DNA of 64,000 nucleotides from Ranitomeya imitator (taxonomy: Eukaryota): the NCBI RefSeq assembly GCF_032444005.1, contig NC_091286.1, positions 37,634,001-37,698,000 of the forward strand, in the 5' to 3' direction. The notes under the pieces were generated by a model. The model saw nothing but the letters and a program-made list of their open reading frames with translations, was not told where the DNA came from and made no database searches. The position numbers and the translations under genes were made by a program. Position 1 is the stretch's first letter; every line of letters starts with the position of its first letter. Of this stretch, positions 48,259 through 61,348 are shown piece after piece.

Positions 48259-49212
48259 ATGGCAGATGTGACAACCTACATGGTGAGCTGCAGCATGTGC
48301 TACATGTTCACAGATCGACCAGAAGAAGAATCCAATTTCACCTGTCAGAAGTGTAGACTAGTGGCCCTTTTAGAAGAAAAGGTGCGGGGTCTGGAAGAAA
48401 GAATAGCAACTTTGAAACTCATCAAAGAGAATGAAGACTTTCTAGACAGAACAGAAGCATCTCTACTGGTCACAGAAGGTGAAAAAAGTGTCAGAGAACC
48501 TCCAAAAGCAGATGAGTGGAAGCATGTGACCAAAAGAAGCAAGAAGACCATGGAGAAATCACCAACCACACAACTGAAGAACCGATATCAAATCTTTGTA
48601 GAGGATGAAGATGGCACACCTAAGAATGAAGCAATACCAGCAAGCAAAAAAGAAAAGGGCACACAGCAACAAGTGACAGCAAAAAGTACAGCCAAGAAGC
48701 AACGAAGAGTGGTGGTGGTGGGAGACTCACTACTGAGAGGCACAGAAGCAGCCATCTGCAGACCGGACATAACTGCAAGAGAAGTATGCTGCCTTCCAGG
48801 TGCGATGATCAAGGATGTGACCGATAGGATACCAAAGCTCTTCAGCTCCAAGGACGTCCACCCATTTCTTCTGATACATGTTGGCACCAATGACACGGCA
48901 AGGAAGGACCTACCGACAATCTGCAAGGACTTTGAAGAGTTGGGGAAGAAAGTAAAGGAACTGGATGCACAGGTAGTTTTTTCTTCTATCCTTCCAGTAG
49001 ACGGGCATGGCACCAGGAGATGGAACAGGATCCTTGATGCAAACAACTGGCTAAGACGATGGTGCAGACAACAAGGATTTGGATTCCTGGACCACGGTGT
49101 GAATTACTGGTATGATGGACTCCTCGCCAGAGACAGACTACACCTCAACAAACCTGGGAAGCACACATTCGCCAGAAGACTCGCTACACTCATCAGGAGG
49201 GCGTTAAACTAG
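48259..49212 (+). CDS. CR1 ORF1p, 317 aa: Cys-rich N-terminus, coiled coil, SGNH esterase domain
   Basis: CxxC...CxxC; LEEKVRGLEERIATL; VVVGDS, HVGTND and DRLH motifs. Confidence 0.9.
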   Translation: MADVTTYMVSCSMCYMFTDRPEEESNFTCQKCRLVALLEEKVRGLEERIATLKLIKENEDFLDRTEASLLVTEGEKSVREPPKADEWKHVTKRSKKTMEKSPTTQLKNRYQIFVEDEDGTPKNEAIPASKKEKGTQQQVTAKSTAKKQRRVVVVGDSLLRGTEAAICRPDITAREVCCLPGAMIKDVTDRIPKLFSSKDVHPFLLIHVGTNDTARKDLPTICKDFEELGKKVKELDAQVVFSSILPVDGHGTRRWNRILDANNWLRRWCRQQGFGFLDHGVNYWYDGLLARDRLHLNKPGKHTFARRLATLIRRALN

Positions 49213-49349
49213 AAGAAGAGGGGACGGGAAGAAAAACATTAGACTCGAACAAAGACGACCCAGGAAAACATACTCAGAAGGGAGGTAAGAACATTTCTAA
49301 AACAATCCACAGTGAGGAGATTGGAACAAAACAAAATCCTCTAAACTGC

Positions 49350-52131
49350 ATGCTCGCAAACGCCAGAAGCCTGACAAACAAGATGGAAGAACTAGAAGCA
49401 GAAATATCTACAGGTAACTTTGACATAGTGGGAATAACCGAGACTTGGTTAGATGAAAGCTATGACTGGGCAGTTAACTTACAGGGTTACAGTCTGTTTA
49501 GAAAGGATCGTAAAAATCGGAGAGGAGGAGGGGTTTGTCTCTATGTAAAGTCTTGTCTAAAGTCCACTTTAAGGGAGGATATTAGCGAAGGGAATGAGGA
49601 TGTCGAGTCCATATGGGTTGAAATTCATGGAGGGAAAAATGGTAACAAAATTCTCATTGGGGTCTGTTACAAACCCCCAAATATAACAGAAACCATGGAA
49701 AGTCTACTTCTAAAGCAGATAGATGAAGCTGCAACCCATAATGAGGTCCTGGTTATGGGGGACTTTAACTACCCGGATATTAACTGGGAAACAGAAACCT
49801 GTGAAACCCATAAAGGCAACAGGTTTCTGCTAATAACCAAGAAAAATTATCTTTCACAATTGGTGCAGAATCCAACCAGAGGAGCAGCACTTTTAGACCT
49901 TTATACTATCTAATAGACCTGACAGAATAACAAATCTTCAGGTGGTTGGGCATTTAGGAAATAGCGACCACAATATTGTGCAGTTTCACCTGTCTTTCAC
50001 TAGGGGGACTTGTCAGGGAGTCACAAAAACATTGAACTTTAGGAAGGCAAAGTTTGACCAGCTTAGAGATGCCCTTAATCTGGTAGACTGGGACAATATC
50101 CTCAGAAATAAGAATACAGATAATAAATGGGAAATGTTTAAGAACATCCTAAATAGGCAGTGTAAGCGGTTTATACCTTGTGGGAATAAACGGACTAGAA
50201 ATAGGAAAAACCCAATGTGGCTAAACAAAGAAGTAAGACAGGCAATTAACAGTAAAAAGAAAGCATTTGCACTACTAAAGCAAGATGGCACCATTGAAGC
50301 TCTAAAAAACTATAGGGAGAAAAATACTTTATCTAAAAAACTAATTAAAGCTGCCAAAAAGGAAACAGAGAAGCACATTGCTAAGGAGAGTAAAACTAAT
50401 CCCAAACTGTTCTTCAACTATATCAATAGTAAAAGAATAAAAACTGAAAATGTAGGCCCCTTAAAAAATAGTGAGGAAAGAATGGTTGTAGATGACGAGG
50501 AAAAAGCTAACATATTAAACACCTTCTTCTCCACGGTATTCACGGTGGAAAATGAAATGCTAGGTGAAATCCCAAGAAACAATGGAAACCCTATATTAAG
50601 GGTCACCAATCTAACCCAAGAAGAGGTGCGAAACCGGCTAAATAAGATTAAAATAGATAAATCTCCGGGTCCGGATGGCATACACCCACGAGTACTAAGA
50701 GAACTAAGTAATGTAATAGATAAACCATTATTTCTTATTTTTAGTGACTCTATAGCGACAGGGTCTGTTCCGCAGGACTGGCGCATAGCAAATGTGGTGC
50801 CAATATTCAAAAAGGGCTCTAAAAGTGAACCTGGAAATTATAGGCCAGTAAGTCTAACCTCTATTGTTGGTAAAATATTTGAAGGGTTTCTGAGGGATGT
50901 TATTCTGGATTATCTCAATGAGAATAACTGTTTAACTCCATATCAGCATGGGTTTATGAGAAATCGCTCCTGTCAAACCAATCTAATCAGTTTTTATGAA
51001 GAGGTAAGCTATAGGCTGGACCACGGTGAGTCATTGGACGTGGTATATCTCGATTTTTCCAAAGCGTTTGATACCGTGCCGCACAAGAGGTTGGTACACA
51101 AAATGAGAATGCTTGGTCTGGGGGAAAATGTGTGTAAATGGGTTAGTAACTGGCTTAGTGATAGAAAGCAGAGGGTGGTTATAAATGGTATAGTCTCTAA
51201 CTGGGTCGCTGTGACCAGTGGGGTACCGCAGGGGTCAGTATTGGGACCTGTTCTCTTCAACATATTCATTAATGATCTGGTAGAAGGTTTACACAGTAAA
51301 ATATCGATATTTGCAGATGATACAAAACTATGTAAAGCAGTTAATACAAGAGAAGATAGTATTCTGCTACAGATGGATCTGGATAAGTTGGAAACTTGGG
51401 CTGAAAGGTGGCAGATGAGGTTTAACAATGATAAATGTAAGGTTATACACATGGGAAGAAGGAATCAATGTCACCATTACACACTGAACGGGAAACCACT
51501 GGGTAAATCTGACAGGGAGAAGGACTTGGGGATCCTAGTTAATGATAAACTTACCTGGAGCAGCCAGTGCCAGGCAGCAGCTGCCAAGGCAAACAGGATC
51601 ATGGGGTGCATTAAAAGAGGTCTGGATACACATGATGAGAGCATTATACTGCCTCTGTACAAATCCCTAGTTAGACCGCACATGGAGTACTGTGTCCAGT
51701 TTTGGGCACCGGTGCTCAGGAAGGATATAATGGAACTAGAGAGAGTACAAAGGAGGGCAACAAAATTAATAAAGGGGATGGGAGAACTACAATACCCAGA
51801 TAGATTAGCGAAATTAGGATTATTTAGTCTAGAAAAAAGACGACTGAGGGGCGATCTAATAACCATGTATAAGTATATAAGGGGACAATACAAATATCTC
51901 GCTGAGGATCTGTTTATACCAAGGAAGGTGACGGGCACAAGGGGGCATTCTTTGCGTCTGGAGGAGAGAAGGTTTTTCCACCAACATAGAAGAGGATTCT
52001 TTACTGTTAGGGCAGTGAGAATCTGGAATTGCTTGCCTGAGGAGGTGGTGATGGCGAACTCAGTCGAGGGGTTCAAGAGAGGCCTGGATGTCTTCCTGGA
52101 GCAGAACAATATTGTATCATACAATTATTAG
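49350..52131 (+). pseudogene. CR1 ORF2 (APE endonuclease + RT) with a single +1 frameshift at 49900-49902
   Basis: ITETW, GDFNYP, DFSKAFD, GVPQGSVLGP and FADD motifs; removing one T restores LLDLILSNRPDRITNLQVVGHLGNSDHN. Confidence 0.9.
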
Positions 52132-55053
52132 GTTCTGTAGAAGGACGTAGATCTGGGTATTTATTATGATGGAATATAGGCTGAACTGGATGGACAAATG
52201 TCTTTTTTCGGCCTTACTAACTATGTTACTATGTTACTATGTTACTATGTAACCCTAGTTATCAGTAGTGATGAGTGAACGTGCTGGGATAAGGTGTTAT
52301 CTGAGCATGCTCGGGTGCTAACCGAATGATTTCGGTGTGCTCGAATAATATGTTCGAGTCCCCGCAGCTGCCACAACACATACAGGGGTTGTCTATTTGT
52401 CAGTCTACTTTTACTCTAAATACTACCGTAATTCATGATTTTAAGGGTTTTTTTGGGGGGTGGGGGTGGGGTGGGGAGGTGTTTTTGTCACTTTTTTTCC
52501 CTTCTGTCTTTTTGCTCAAAATTCATTAAAAGGTGGAGCACAGGGTTTGAGAAAATGGCGTAAATTCATAAATGTACATGGTCGCAATCCTTTCAATAAG
52601 TTCACAAATTTTGCACATTATGGTTCAGCCGCGCAAAGAAAAAAAAAATTGAAACAGGTTTTGTACTCCTAACCACCATGGCCATAATACCCCAAAATAA
52701 CCATACATATAAAATAGTCACTATTGGAACCAGTTTTACTCATTAAAAAAAAAAGCTCAAAAGCAATAATTAATAATCATCATAGTACGGTTTTTGTTTT
52801 TTTAACAAAAGCTGCAAATTTAGTGGCTATTTTTTCTTGCTTTTTTGTAGTTCAATAGTTCTGTAACCAGATGCTTGCTGAGTCAGTGGGTAAATATTAA
52901 AGGAAGAACATACATTGCATTTATTCGGTGCTGGTTATTTGCTCACTTATGGTTTTTGTAAATGTTTTTTTTTTTTTTTCCGGCATGTTTTAATGTACGG
53001 TATATGACATTTGTTTGGGAGTTATTTTTATTTTTCGTTCTTAACACTACAACTCGTGTTTCTACAGTATGTAGCATCACATCACTTGTAATGTAAAAAT
53101 GCATTAAAAAAAAAAGCTTATCCAAAAGTAGCCAAATTTCTAAAACACAATTTTTGCATAAAATGCACTAAAACCGCAAAATAAAAATCTTAGCCGAAAA
53201 ATATCTGTCAGCCCCTTCCTGCCGTTCCTCCCCAACGATTTGGATTAAAAAATAAAATAACTAGTAGTCAACAAAAAACCCAAGTTCTTAAATTAAATGC
53301 CCAATGATTATAAATAGCAAATTATATATTGGAAACAACAGTAAAAGTAAAAAAAGTAAAAGTAAAAAAGTAAAAAATAAATGTTTTTAATGGCCTCAAA
53401 AATTGTCATAAGTCTCCTCTCATCGTTGTTTTCTCCATTTTTCTAGAGTAATGTGCACTTTATTAATGATCTTGGTGTTTGCGTTTTTTTCTCTATAAGT
53501 TTTACGCCACTTTTTGCCTTTTAAGATGTTTTTTTTTTCTTGCTGTATCTCGGTAAGGTTTCTGGCAGTTTTTTCATTTTGGTGCAGACCCCTTCACGAC
53601 CATTGACGTATATTTTTGGCAAAAGTTGTGTCCCTGCCTTTGATAAGTGTCCCACACTTTATGGCTCATTTAATCCGCTCGGTGCAGTTAACCTGTTAAA
53701 TCTCAGTGTCAATCCCTGACGGCGGGATTTAACAGGCGATATCCAGAAGTGCGTCACAAATCCCACCCATCGGCACTCCTGTCACGTGATCATGGGACGC
53801 CGATGGGTTGACATTATCCCTTCCGTGCCTGTAATTGTAAATCTCCTATGAACGTCGGCTTGTGGCCGACGTTCATAGGAGATCGTGATTTCTGCTGTAC
53901 ATAGCAAGGTTGAAGCACTGCTATGTGTACCACAGGCAATGGGATGATCGCAGCTTCAAGTCTCCTAGGGTGACTATTCAAGTCCGTAAAAATAAAGTTT
54001 TTAGAAATATTATAAAAATTAAAAAACACAAAAGATCAAATCATCCTCCTTTTTGCGGAATTTTATTTGCCCATTTTCTAGTTCACTATATGGTAAAATC
54101 AATGGTGTCTTTGAAAAGTACAACTTATCCCTCAAAAAAACACACCCTCATACAGCTGTATTGATAAAAAAATTAAAAAAATATGCCCCTTGGAAGAAAG
54201 GGGGAAAAAAATGAAAGCCGAAAAATGGAAAATTGCAAGGTCGTGAAGGGATTAAAGGATTTTTAAACTTTTTTAAACGATGAAAGACAAATATAAAGAG
54301 GGTTTAAAAAAAAAAAAAAAAAAAGTAAAAAAAAAATTGTGCAAATAGAGGGGCCGCACGGGTTTTTGTGATTTTTGTTGCGGAAAACATCAGCCAAAAC
54401 TACAAGATAAATTTTTTTTTTTTTTTTTATTTCAAATGATGAATCGGAGCCATAGACCCCACAAATCTGCTCCATGGTATACATTCCCTGAGTCATGTTA
54501 GATCATACCTGGTCAGAAAAATCCAATCAAATCTCTGAACCTGCTTCATTGTGTCTCTCTTGGTCGTTGCAGCGACTTTATTTCCGATATGGAAAAATAT
54601 CTTTATATATAAACGTAAGAGAAAAAAAACAAAACAAAAAAAAAAAAACCACCCAATCTATGTGACTGATATAAGTTTCAAGTCATAATGTAAAAGTGGA
54701 ACTATAGTTCGGAAAAAAAAAAAGTGATTTCTCGTCAGATGGGGGTATACAATTGACAATGCACTTTAATGTAGAGCAACTATTTTTTTGAGGAATGGAT
54801 CTTTGCAGTTTTGCTTGTAGAGTTGGCGTGGATCCAAGCAGTCAGCCCAATCAGACTTTTATGACATGGCAGGTCAACGTGCTATAAAAGTCTGTGGTGG
54901 GAAAACCCCTTTAAGATAAAACTACTTCCTCTATACCCTTAAGAACGTAGCTTAGCAAACAAGCTGTGCTGAAAATAGGTTCTGACCACATGGACAGGAA
55001 AAGCTAAAATTCTAGAAATACTTCCCAAAAAGCTTTGGTTACAGTGCTCCTTA

Positions 55054-55402
55054 GGCTAAGTTCACACTGCGTTAGTGCAGTCCGATCAACACATCCGTTA
55101 AAAGGACTGCACTAACGCAAGTGCCGACGTTTGCACAGCGCTAGCGCAGATGGAGCATCTGCTAGCTCCATCTGTGCTAGCAGTGCGCTAGCAGTGACGG
55201 ACCCGGAAACGCTGCAGCCCGCGTCTCGGGTCCGTCACTCAATGACGGCACATCGCTAGTGCACGCCCATTGTGGGTGTGCGCTAGCAATGTGTCCGCCA
55301 TTGAAAGTAATGGCGGCATTAACGGACTACGTTACACCGTGTAATGCCGCGGTGTAACGTAGTCCGTTAAACGGGTCACACTAACGCAGTGTGAACCCAG
55401 CC
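55054..55402. mobile_element. PIF/Harbinger-type MITE related to 40699-41054
   Basis: TIR GGCTAAGTTCACACTGCGTTAG / CTAACGCAGTGTGAACCCAGCC; flanks TTA and TTG. Confidence 0.8.
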
Positions 55403-55699
55403 TTGCATCTTACCTGAAGAACCTTAACTGAACACATTTCCTAAACGCTCTATAGTCTGGTCATGCAGACAAACCTTAATCCGTTTTCTACTTATCGCTC
55501 GCTTATAAAATATACTGTATGTTAATAAGAAGTGGAAAACAGATAAACGGGAGTATGACTGAAGGATCAGACAACATTTATTTGTAGTCTGTTACCATGG
55601 AGACACATAGGTCTGCGGGAAAGAGATGGACATGTTGCCTACGTTCTTTCTTGAGGACACAAATTTTGATGTTATGCTGTGTAATGTGATGTATAATGT

Positions 55700-56580
55700 C
55701 ATTAAAGTTATTAATACTGATAGTGTTTGACAATAGGGAGAGTGAAAGTTAATGGTTGGGACTAGCCCAAAGTGGGATGGAATAGATTGAAGGGAAAGTG
55801 ATCATTTCCTGTTTTAGAAAGCCAGATAGGGCTTGAGTTCATAGAAGCGCAACTATGGTCCATTTATAGTAGTGCCGCATTCTGGGGTGTCCCTAAAATG
55901 AGAGGAGACCAAAACAGAGAGCTAGCGAGATCCTGAGCAGAAGTGACTAAGAGACAGAGTGATCGATCGGAGACTGGTCCTGGTAGAGGACGCCTAGCGG
56001 AAAGGTCCAGAGTTTATAACTCTTGAGGGTAACGGGCCTAGACAGGACTGAGAACTTGAGACGTGTAGAAAGCTCCGGGTGGTAGTTCCAGAGCATCAGA
56101 AAGCTTGAAACTACATCTGGCCATACTAGCACCCTAAGGGGAAAGAAGACGCGGGGTGAGTAAAGGACTCTTGCTCAGCAGGACTGTACAGTTGAACTGG
56201 GTTGTGTTGAAGTAGTGAGAAACCGAGGACAAGTAGAAAAGTAAAGAGGAAAAGTGAAGAAGAGAAAGAAGGAAACTGTGTGGAAAATGCTTTGCATTGT
56301 GAAGGGAACGTTCATAAGACTTTGTCGTTCCCGCTATCTCCTGTATATATTCACTATCAAATTCCAATTCAGTAATAAATGTACTTTCCAACAATTGTCT
56401 CCCTCATTGAACTGTCCAATACTTGGTCCTAACAAACCAGCGTCATCGATTACATGTTGTCTGCACGGGCGTAGCGCCCTCACAGCACAAGTCCACACAC
56501 CCATCCAGGACCCCAACTTTCTTGTCAGGTGCTGGGGTGCAAGAGACGAGTACCTCCCCCACGTCTGCCGCCCCGTGACA
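55700..56580 (+). mobile_element. Possible LTR-like remnant
   Basis: AATAAA at about 56374 and an end at CCCCGTGACA; 5' end and TSD not found. Confidence 0.3.
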
Positions 56581-59500
56581 CTGCATAACAGCAGCCCAAT
56601 TCAATTTTTAAAAAGAAGTGCAGTAAAATGGCGAAAGAAAAAACCCAGAATTCCACCTTTTTGTTTTGTTAGGTTTTGTTTTTTTCAGCGTTCACTGTGC
56701 AATAAAAATGACCTGGCTATGTGATTTTTTTTTTTTTGTAATTATGATTATGGCGATGCCAAACGTTTGTTTTTTTTAATTTGGTTGTGTAAAAAATCCA
56801 GAAAATAAAATTATTTTCTGTTGCCTTTTTCTGAGATCTGTAATTTTTTTTATTTTTTTTGTGTGTATGGAGCTTTCTGAGCTTATTTATGATGAGAGTA
56901 CTTTTTTTTTTTTTTTAAGTATAGAAATCTGCGCATCCCGGTTTCTTGTATTAAAAACATCTAAATTTTATGTGATCTTGATTAAAAGAACTTCATATCA
57001 AAATATTTCATATACTCCTTCGAAAACATCTGACGCATTTCTGGCATGTATCCTTTAGTCATTTTTTTTTCATTGATACCATTTAAGGGTACATATGATT
57101 TTTTTGCTTGCTTTTAATTGCATTTTTGGGGGAAGGAGTGTTGTGACCAAAAACAATTATTCTGGCATTTTAATTTCTATCTTTATGGATGTTTACTGTG
57201 TGGGTTAAATGCTTTCCTTTTTTGATCAGACTTACGGATGCAGTGATATCGAATGTTGTATTGTGTTTTTTTTTTTTGGTTTTTTTTAAATTGTGTTTTA
57301 TTTTTCAGGAAAGGTGGGGGCGGGTAAAAAATTTGCATAGAGTATTGCAATATATAGGAAAAATAGGGAGCTACCAACATTGCAGTTACGGGGGCCTTCA
57401 TCAGACTCCAGACTACCATGGCGATCATTGGCCCTTGTCCAATATGGTTGAAAAAGACAAATATCTATCAAGTTCAATCACGGGATATAACCGTGATATT
57501 TCGGAGGTTTTATAGCAGTGATCAGAGCTCATCTTCGATCGCCGCTGTTAGATGCTGATGACTTTATAATGCAGCCAGCATCTGCCGGGCATGGTGCGGG
57601 CTCATCTCCTGAGCCCGTTCCATACACAAGCACCTGCCATGGGACTTTTTTTTTTTTTGGTTGATTTTTTTTTTTTTTTTTCACGTGTAGGGAAAAACTA
57701 TTAAAGTAGTTTAATTTAATTTTGTATTAAAAATTAATTGATTTGTATAATCAATAATTATTAATACAAAAATTAAAATCACGGCACCTTCCCTTGAAGA
57801 TGCATTTGAGAATATCCAAGCTGCCACCTATTGAAGCTCATTTTTAGAAGTTCCCTGTCAAAACCTGTGCCCCCTTTTGTCTCAGAAAAAAAAAAAAAAC
57901 AACACGCAGAAAGTCTAGGGGTCCTTACACTACTAGTTCCTGCTATTTCAGTGCTTGTGAGGATCAAAACTTTTAAAAGTTTTGTGAAAATGTCAAAAGT
58001 TTTATGACATGGCAACAACACTTTAATATGTGTGTAACATTGACCTGATTTATATACGGTATATATTTTTTTTGGGGGGAGGTTTGGTTTCTAATGGGGG
58101 GGGGGGGCTTCTAATAAAGCAGACCTGCAGTGTACAGCATGGGGGATCATCACTACAACCTGAGCCATTGATGAGAGGGAAGGCGGATAACGTAACACCT
58201 TAGTGACCACCCATACATCTTTATACTGGCCTGAAATATGAGTGAATTGTATCCCCGACGGGTGAAAATGCGGCAGATGTCAGCGGTACTCTCTAGATGA
58301 CAACTTGCTGCACCGACCATGGTCGCTTAACCCCTTAGATGCTGCTGTCAATAGTGATTACAGCATCTAGATGGTTAATAAAGTGTGAGGAGCTCCCTCT
58401 TTATCTCATCGGCACCATGATTCTGTGGTCCTGATGCTTGCCATGCCGATTTACAGCCCCCAAAAATGGCCCTAGGGGGCTGCCAGATATAGCGGGCCTG
58501 TTCAGAAGTTAGCGACATTTAGGTGGTAAAAATAACATTTTTCATTCCTGTCATGCCACTTTGCATTAATTCCCGAAAAGCACCTGAAGGGTTAATCAAC
58601 TACCTATAAGCAGTATTAATTTTGTGGAGGGGTGCTTTTTTTTTTAAAAAATGTTATCACTTTTTGGGCTTTTCCAATAAATAGGACCCCCAAAGTCACT
58701 TCAAAACTAAAAATAGGTCCCCCGCAAAAAAAAAAAAAAAAATTCATTTTGTAAATTACCTTGAACAAAAATAAAAAATGACTGCTACAATTTTAAATCT
58801 TCTAAAATTCTAACAAAAATTAAAAGAACATTTTACAGATGGCGCTGATGTAAAGCAGATAGGAGAGAAATGTTGTTTATTAACTATTTGGTGTGGTGAC
58901 GATCTGGATTAAATGGATATAATCATTCAGAATTTGAAAATTGTTAAAATATTTTTTATAAATTTCTGATTTTTTTTTTTTTAAATAAATATAAGACATA
59001 GAGAAATAAATTTACCATTGTTGTAAAGTGTAATGTGTCACGAAAAAAAAAAAAAAAAAAAATCTCTGGGATATGTTAAAGCTTTCCAAAGTTATTGCCA
59101 CATATACGGTAAATACATTGACCCTGGTCAGAATTGAAAAATTTGGATTGGTCAGTAATGGGTTAAACATCCAATATACTATACATAAGCTGCGGTACAG
59201 TACTTAGTCATGGGAAATGTATAGCAGGTAGAAATCTCTGTGGTGACTTAGGTGATTTTTTTTTTTTCGATCCACATTGACATATTTCTGTGATAGCGGG
59301 AAGCCAGGTATCTGTAACTTTTTTCAGAAGTTCCCACCTCACCTTGTCACACCATCTCACCCCCACACACTGCTCACTTTTAGTCAATCATCAGTAATGT
59401 CTCTTCTGCGATGACTATGATCACGACTATACTGGGACCCGAGTGTGGTAAAGCAACCACATCCAGTTACCGTACGACATCTTATCTGGGCAGGTGAAGG

Positions 59501-59919
59501 TTTGAGGTTGGAGGTGTAAGAACTGCATTGATGAGTGTCAACCGTCCCTGGTAAAAGTTGGTTCGTTATCTATGATACAATTTGGGAGGGGGGAAAGTAA
59601 AGGGTTAAAGCAAATCTGTCACCAGATTTCAGAGTGTAAACTGTATACATTTATTTAATATCTATATCTCTTGGACCTGATGAGGCTTTATTGTAGCCAT
59701 GTATGCTGCGGAATTTCAGAGAACAAATTCTTTGAACAAATGTCTGAACTATTCGGCTCTGAAGATTAGTCCAATAGGCAGATCCCCATCGACTTGTTCC
59801 AGCCCCCATTCCCTAGACTGACAGGTGTCACCTTATACGCACACATATGGAGATACTTATCCAAAATGCATAGTCCCTGGACAGCTTTTCAAAGCATGTT
59901 TTCTTTGAAAGGCCATAGC

Positions 59920-61348
59920 TGTCACGCTCACGCCCTGACTGGTGGGCGTGAGCTCGGGGGGTTTGTGGCCCCACTGTGCCACAAACCAGACTACCCTGGA
60001 AGGGGCGTGACTGTGACAGCTGCTTGGGTTTTCACTGGAGCCTCTGATGGTGAGGACAGGCTTGTGCAGCAGGCAGCTGCCAGGTGCTACTCCAGGGTGG
60101 TGTCTGGCTGTGGCTGCTGATCCCACTTGGGAGACAGGAACACCTGGATTGGTGCGGGCATTAGGCAGGACTGGCAGAAGAGCACGGCTGGAACACAGAC
60201 GAGTAGGCTGGCACGGCTGAGACAGGGCTGGCAGAGACACGGCAGGGAACTCAGGGCTGGCAGAGACACGGCAGGAAACAGGACTGGCTAGGACAGCAGG
60301 AACACAGGACTGGAAGGCAGGGCAGGAACGGCAGGACTGGCAGGAACACAGGATACACAGGACGGGTTGATGTGATGTATGAATCAGGCTGCACTCTGAT
60401 GACACCCGAGTGCAGTCCTATTGTGAGTGTGATGAAGGAACAGGTAGGGACCTGTACACACAGAAGATGCAGGTACGGAAACAAGCCAGAAGGAAAGGAG
60501 AATGAAGGAACAGGTAGGGACCTGTTCACACAAGAGGACCAAGTAACAAGTAGAAGGTGGAACTAAGAGAAGAGGAGAAGGCAGAGCCAAGGGCGGAGCC
60601 GCAAGAGGCGGAGACGCTGGAGGCGGAGCCAAGAGCGGAGACGCTGGAGGCGGAGCCAAGAGCAGAGACGCTGGAGGCGGAGCCAAGAGCGGAGACGCTG
60701 GAGGCGGAGCCAGATAGTACCGCAAAGAGCGGAGCCAGATAGAACCGCAAAGAGCGGAGCCACAGAGCAAAGCCAGAGAGTGCGAAGCAAGGTCTGAGTG
60801 CAGAGCCGCAAGAGTGCGGAGTGTAAGCAGACAGAAAACACAAGGAAAGAAAGCAGGGAAGGAAGCCACGGACAAGGAGACCGAGAAAAGACAAAGTACA
60901 GACAAGGCAATAGAACAAGACACAGGGACAAAGACACAGGGACCAGGATATTCTGCCTCCTGGAGGGCGGACTACAAGATCAATTCAATAGCACAGAGAA
61001 AAGCCTCCAGAGAGGGAGTAACTCAGAGCAAGGTCAGGCAAACTCAGCAGCTAAACACTAACTGAGCAAACACATTGCACAGGCCCAGAGCACAGGGTGG
61101 AGCTGCACTATATACAGGAGGCCTCTTGGTAATTGGTCAGGAACTGATTAGACAGATGCACCTGATTCCTATAAGAACCAGAGAGTTCAGGCGCCGGCCC
61201 CCTATACACATAGCCATGAAGCATGCAGAGAGCAGAGACACAGAACATGGAGCTGGCATTAAAGAGAAAGCACATCATGGCCTGGAGCAGTGGGTAAGAT
61301 AGTGTGAGAGATGTGAGGCCATGCTGCGATGCCAGCAGAGTTGTTACA
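59920..61348. mobile_element. Solo LTR (1429 bp)
   Basis: TG...CA termini (TGTCAC / GTTACA); perfect 5-bp TSD ATAGC at 59915-19 and 61349-53. Confidence 0.85.
60585..60780. repeat. 27-bp minisatellite inside the solo LTR
   Basis: GCGGAGCCAAGAGCGGAGACGCTGGAG repeated about 5 times. Confidence 0.85.

Larger units (their letters stand above)
48030..52252 (+). mobile_element. Full-length CR1 LINE
   Basis: 5' UTR, ORF1, ORF2 (APE + RT), short 3' UTR ending in (CTATGTTA)n; 5' boundary approximate. Confidence 0.93.

Noticed and set aside
51009-52124. Long minus-strand ORFs over CR1 ORF2 (likewise 16420-16854, 29914-30654 and 48588-49046)
   Set aside because: Antisense shadows of TE coding frames.
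60384-60937. Pro/Ala-rich or Glu-rich ORFs on both strands
   Set aside because: Produced by the 27-bp minisatellite in the solo LTR.
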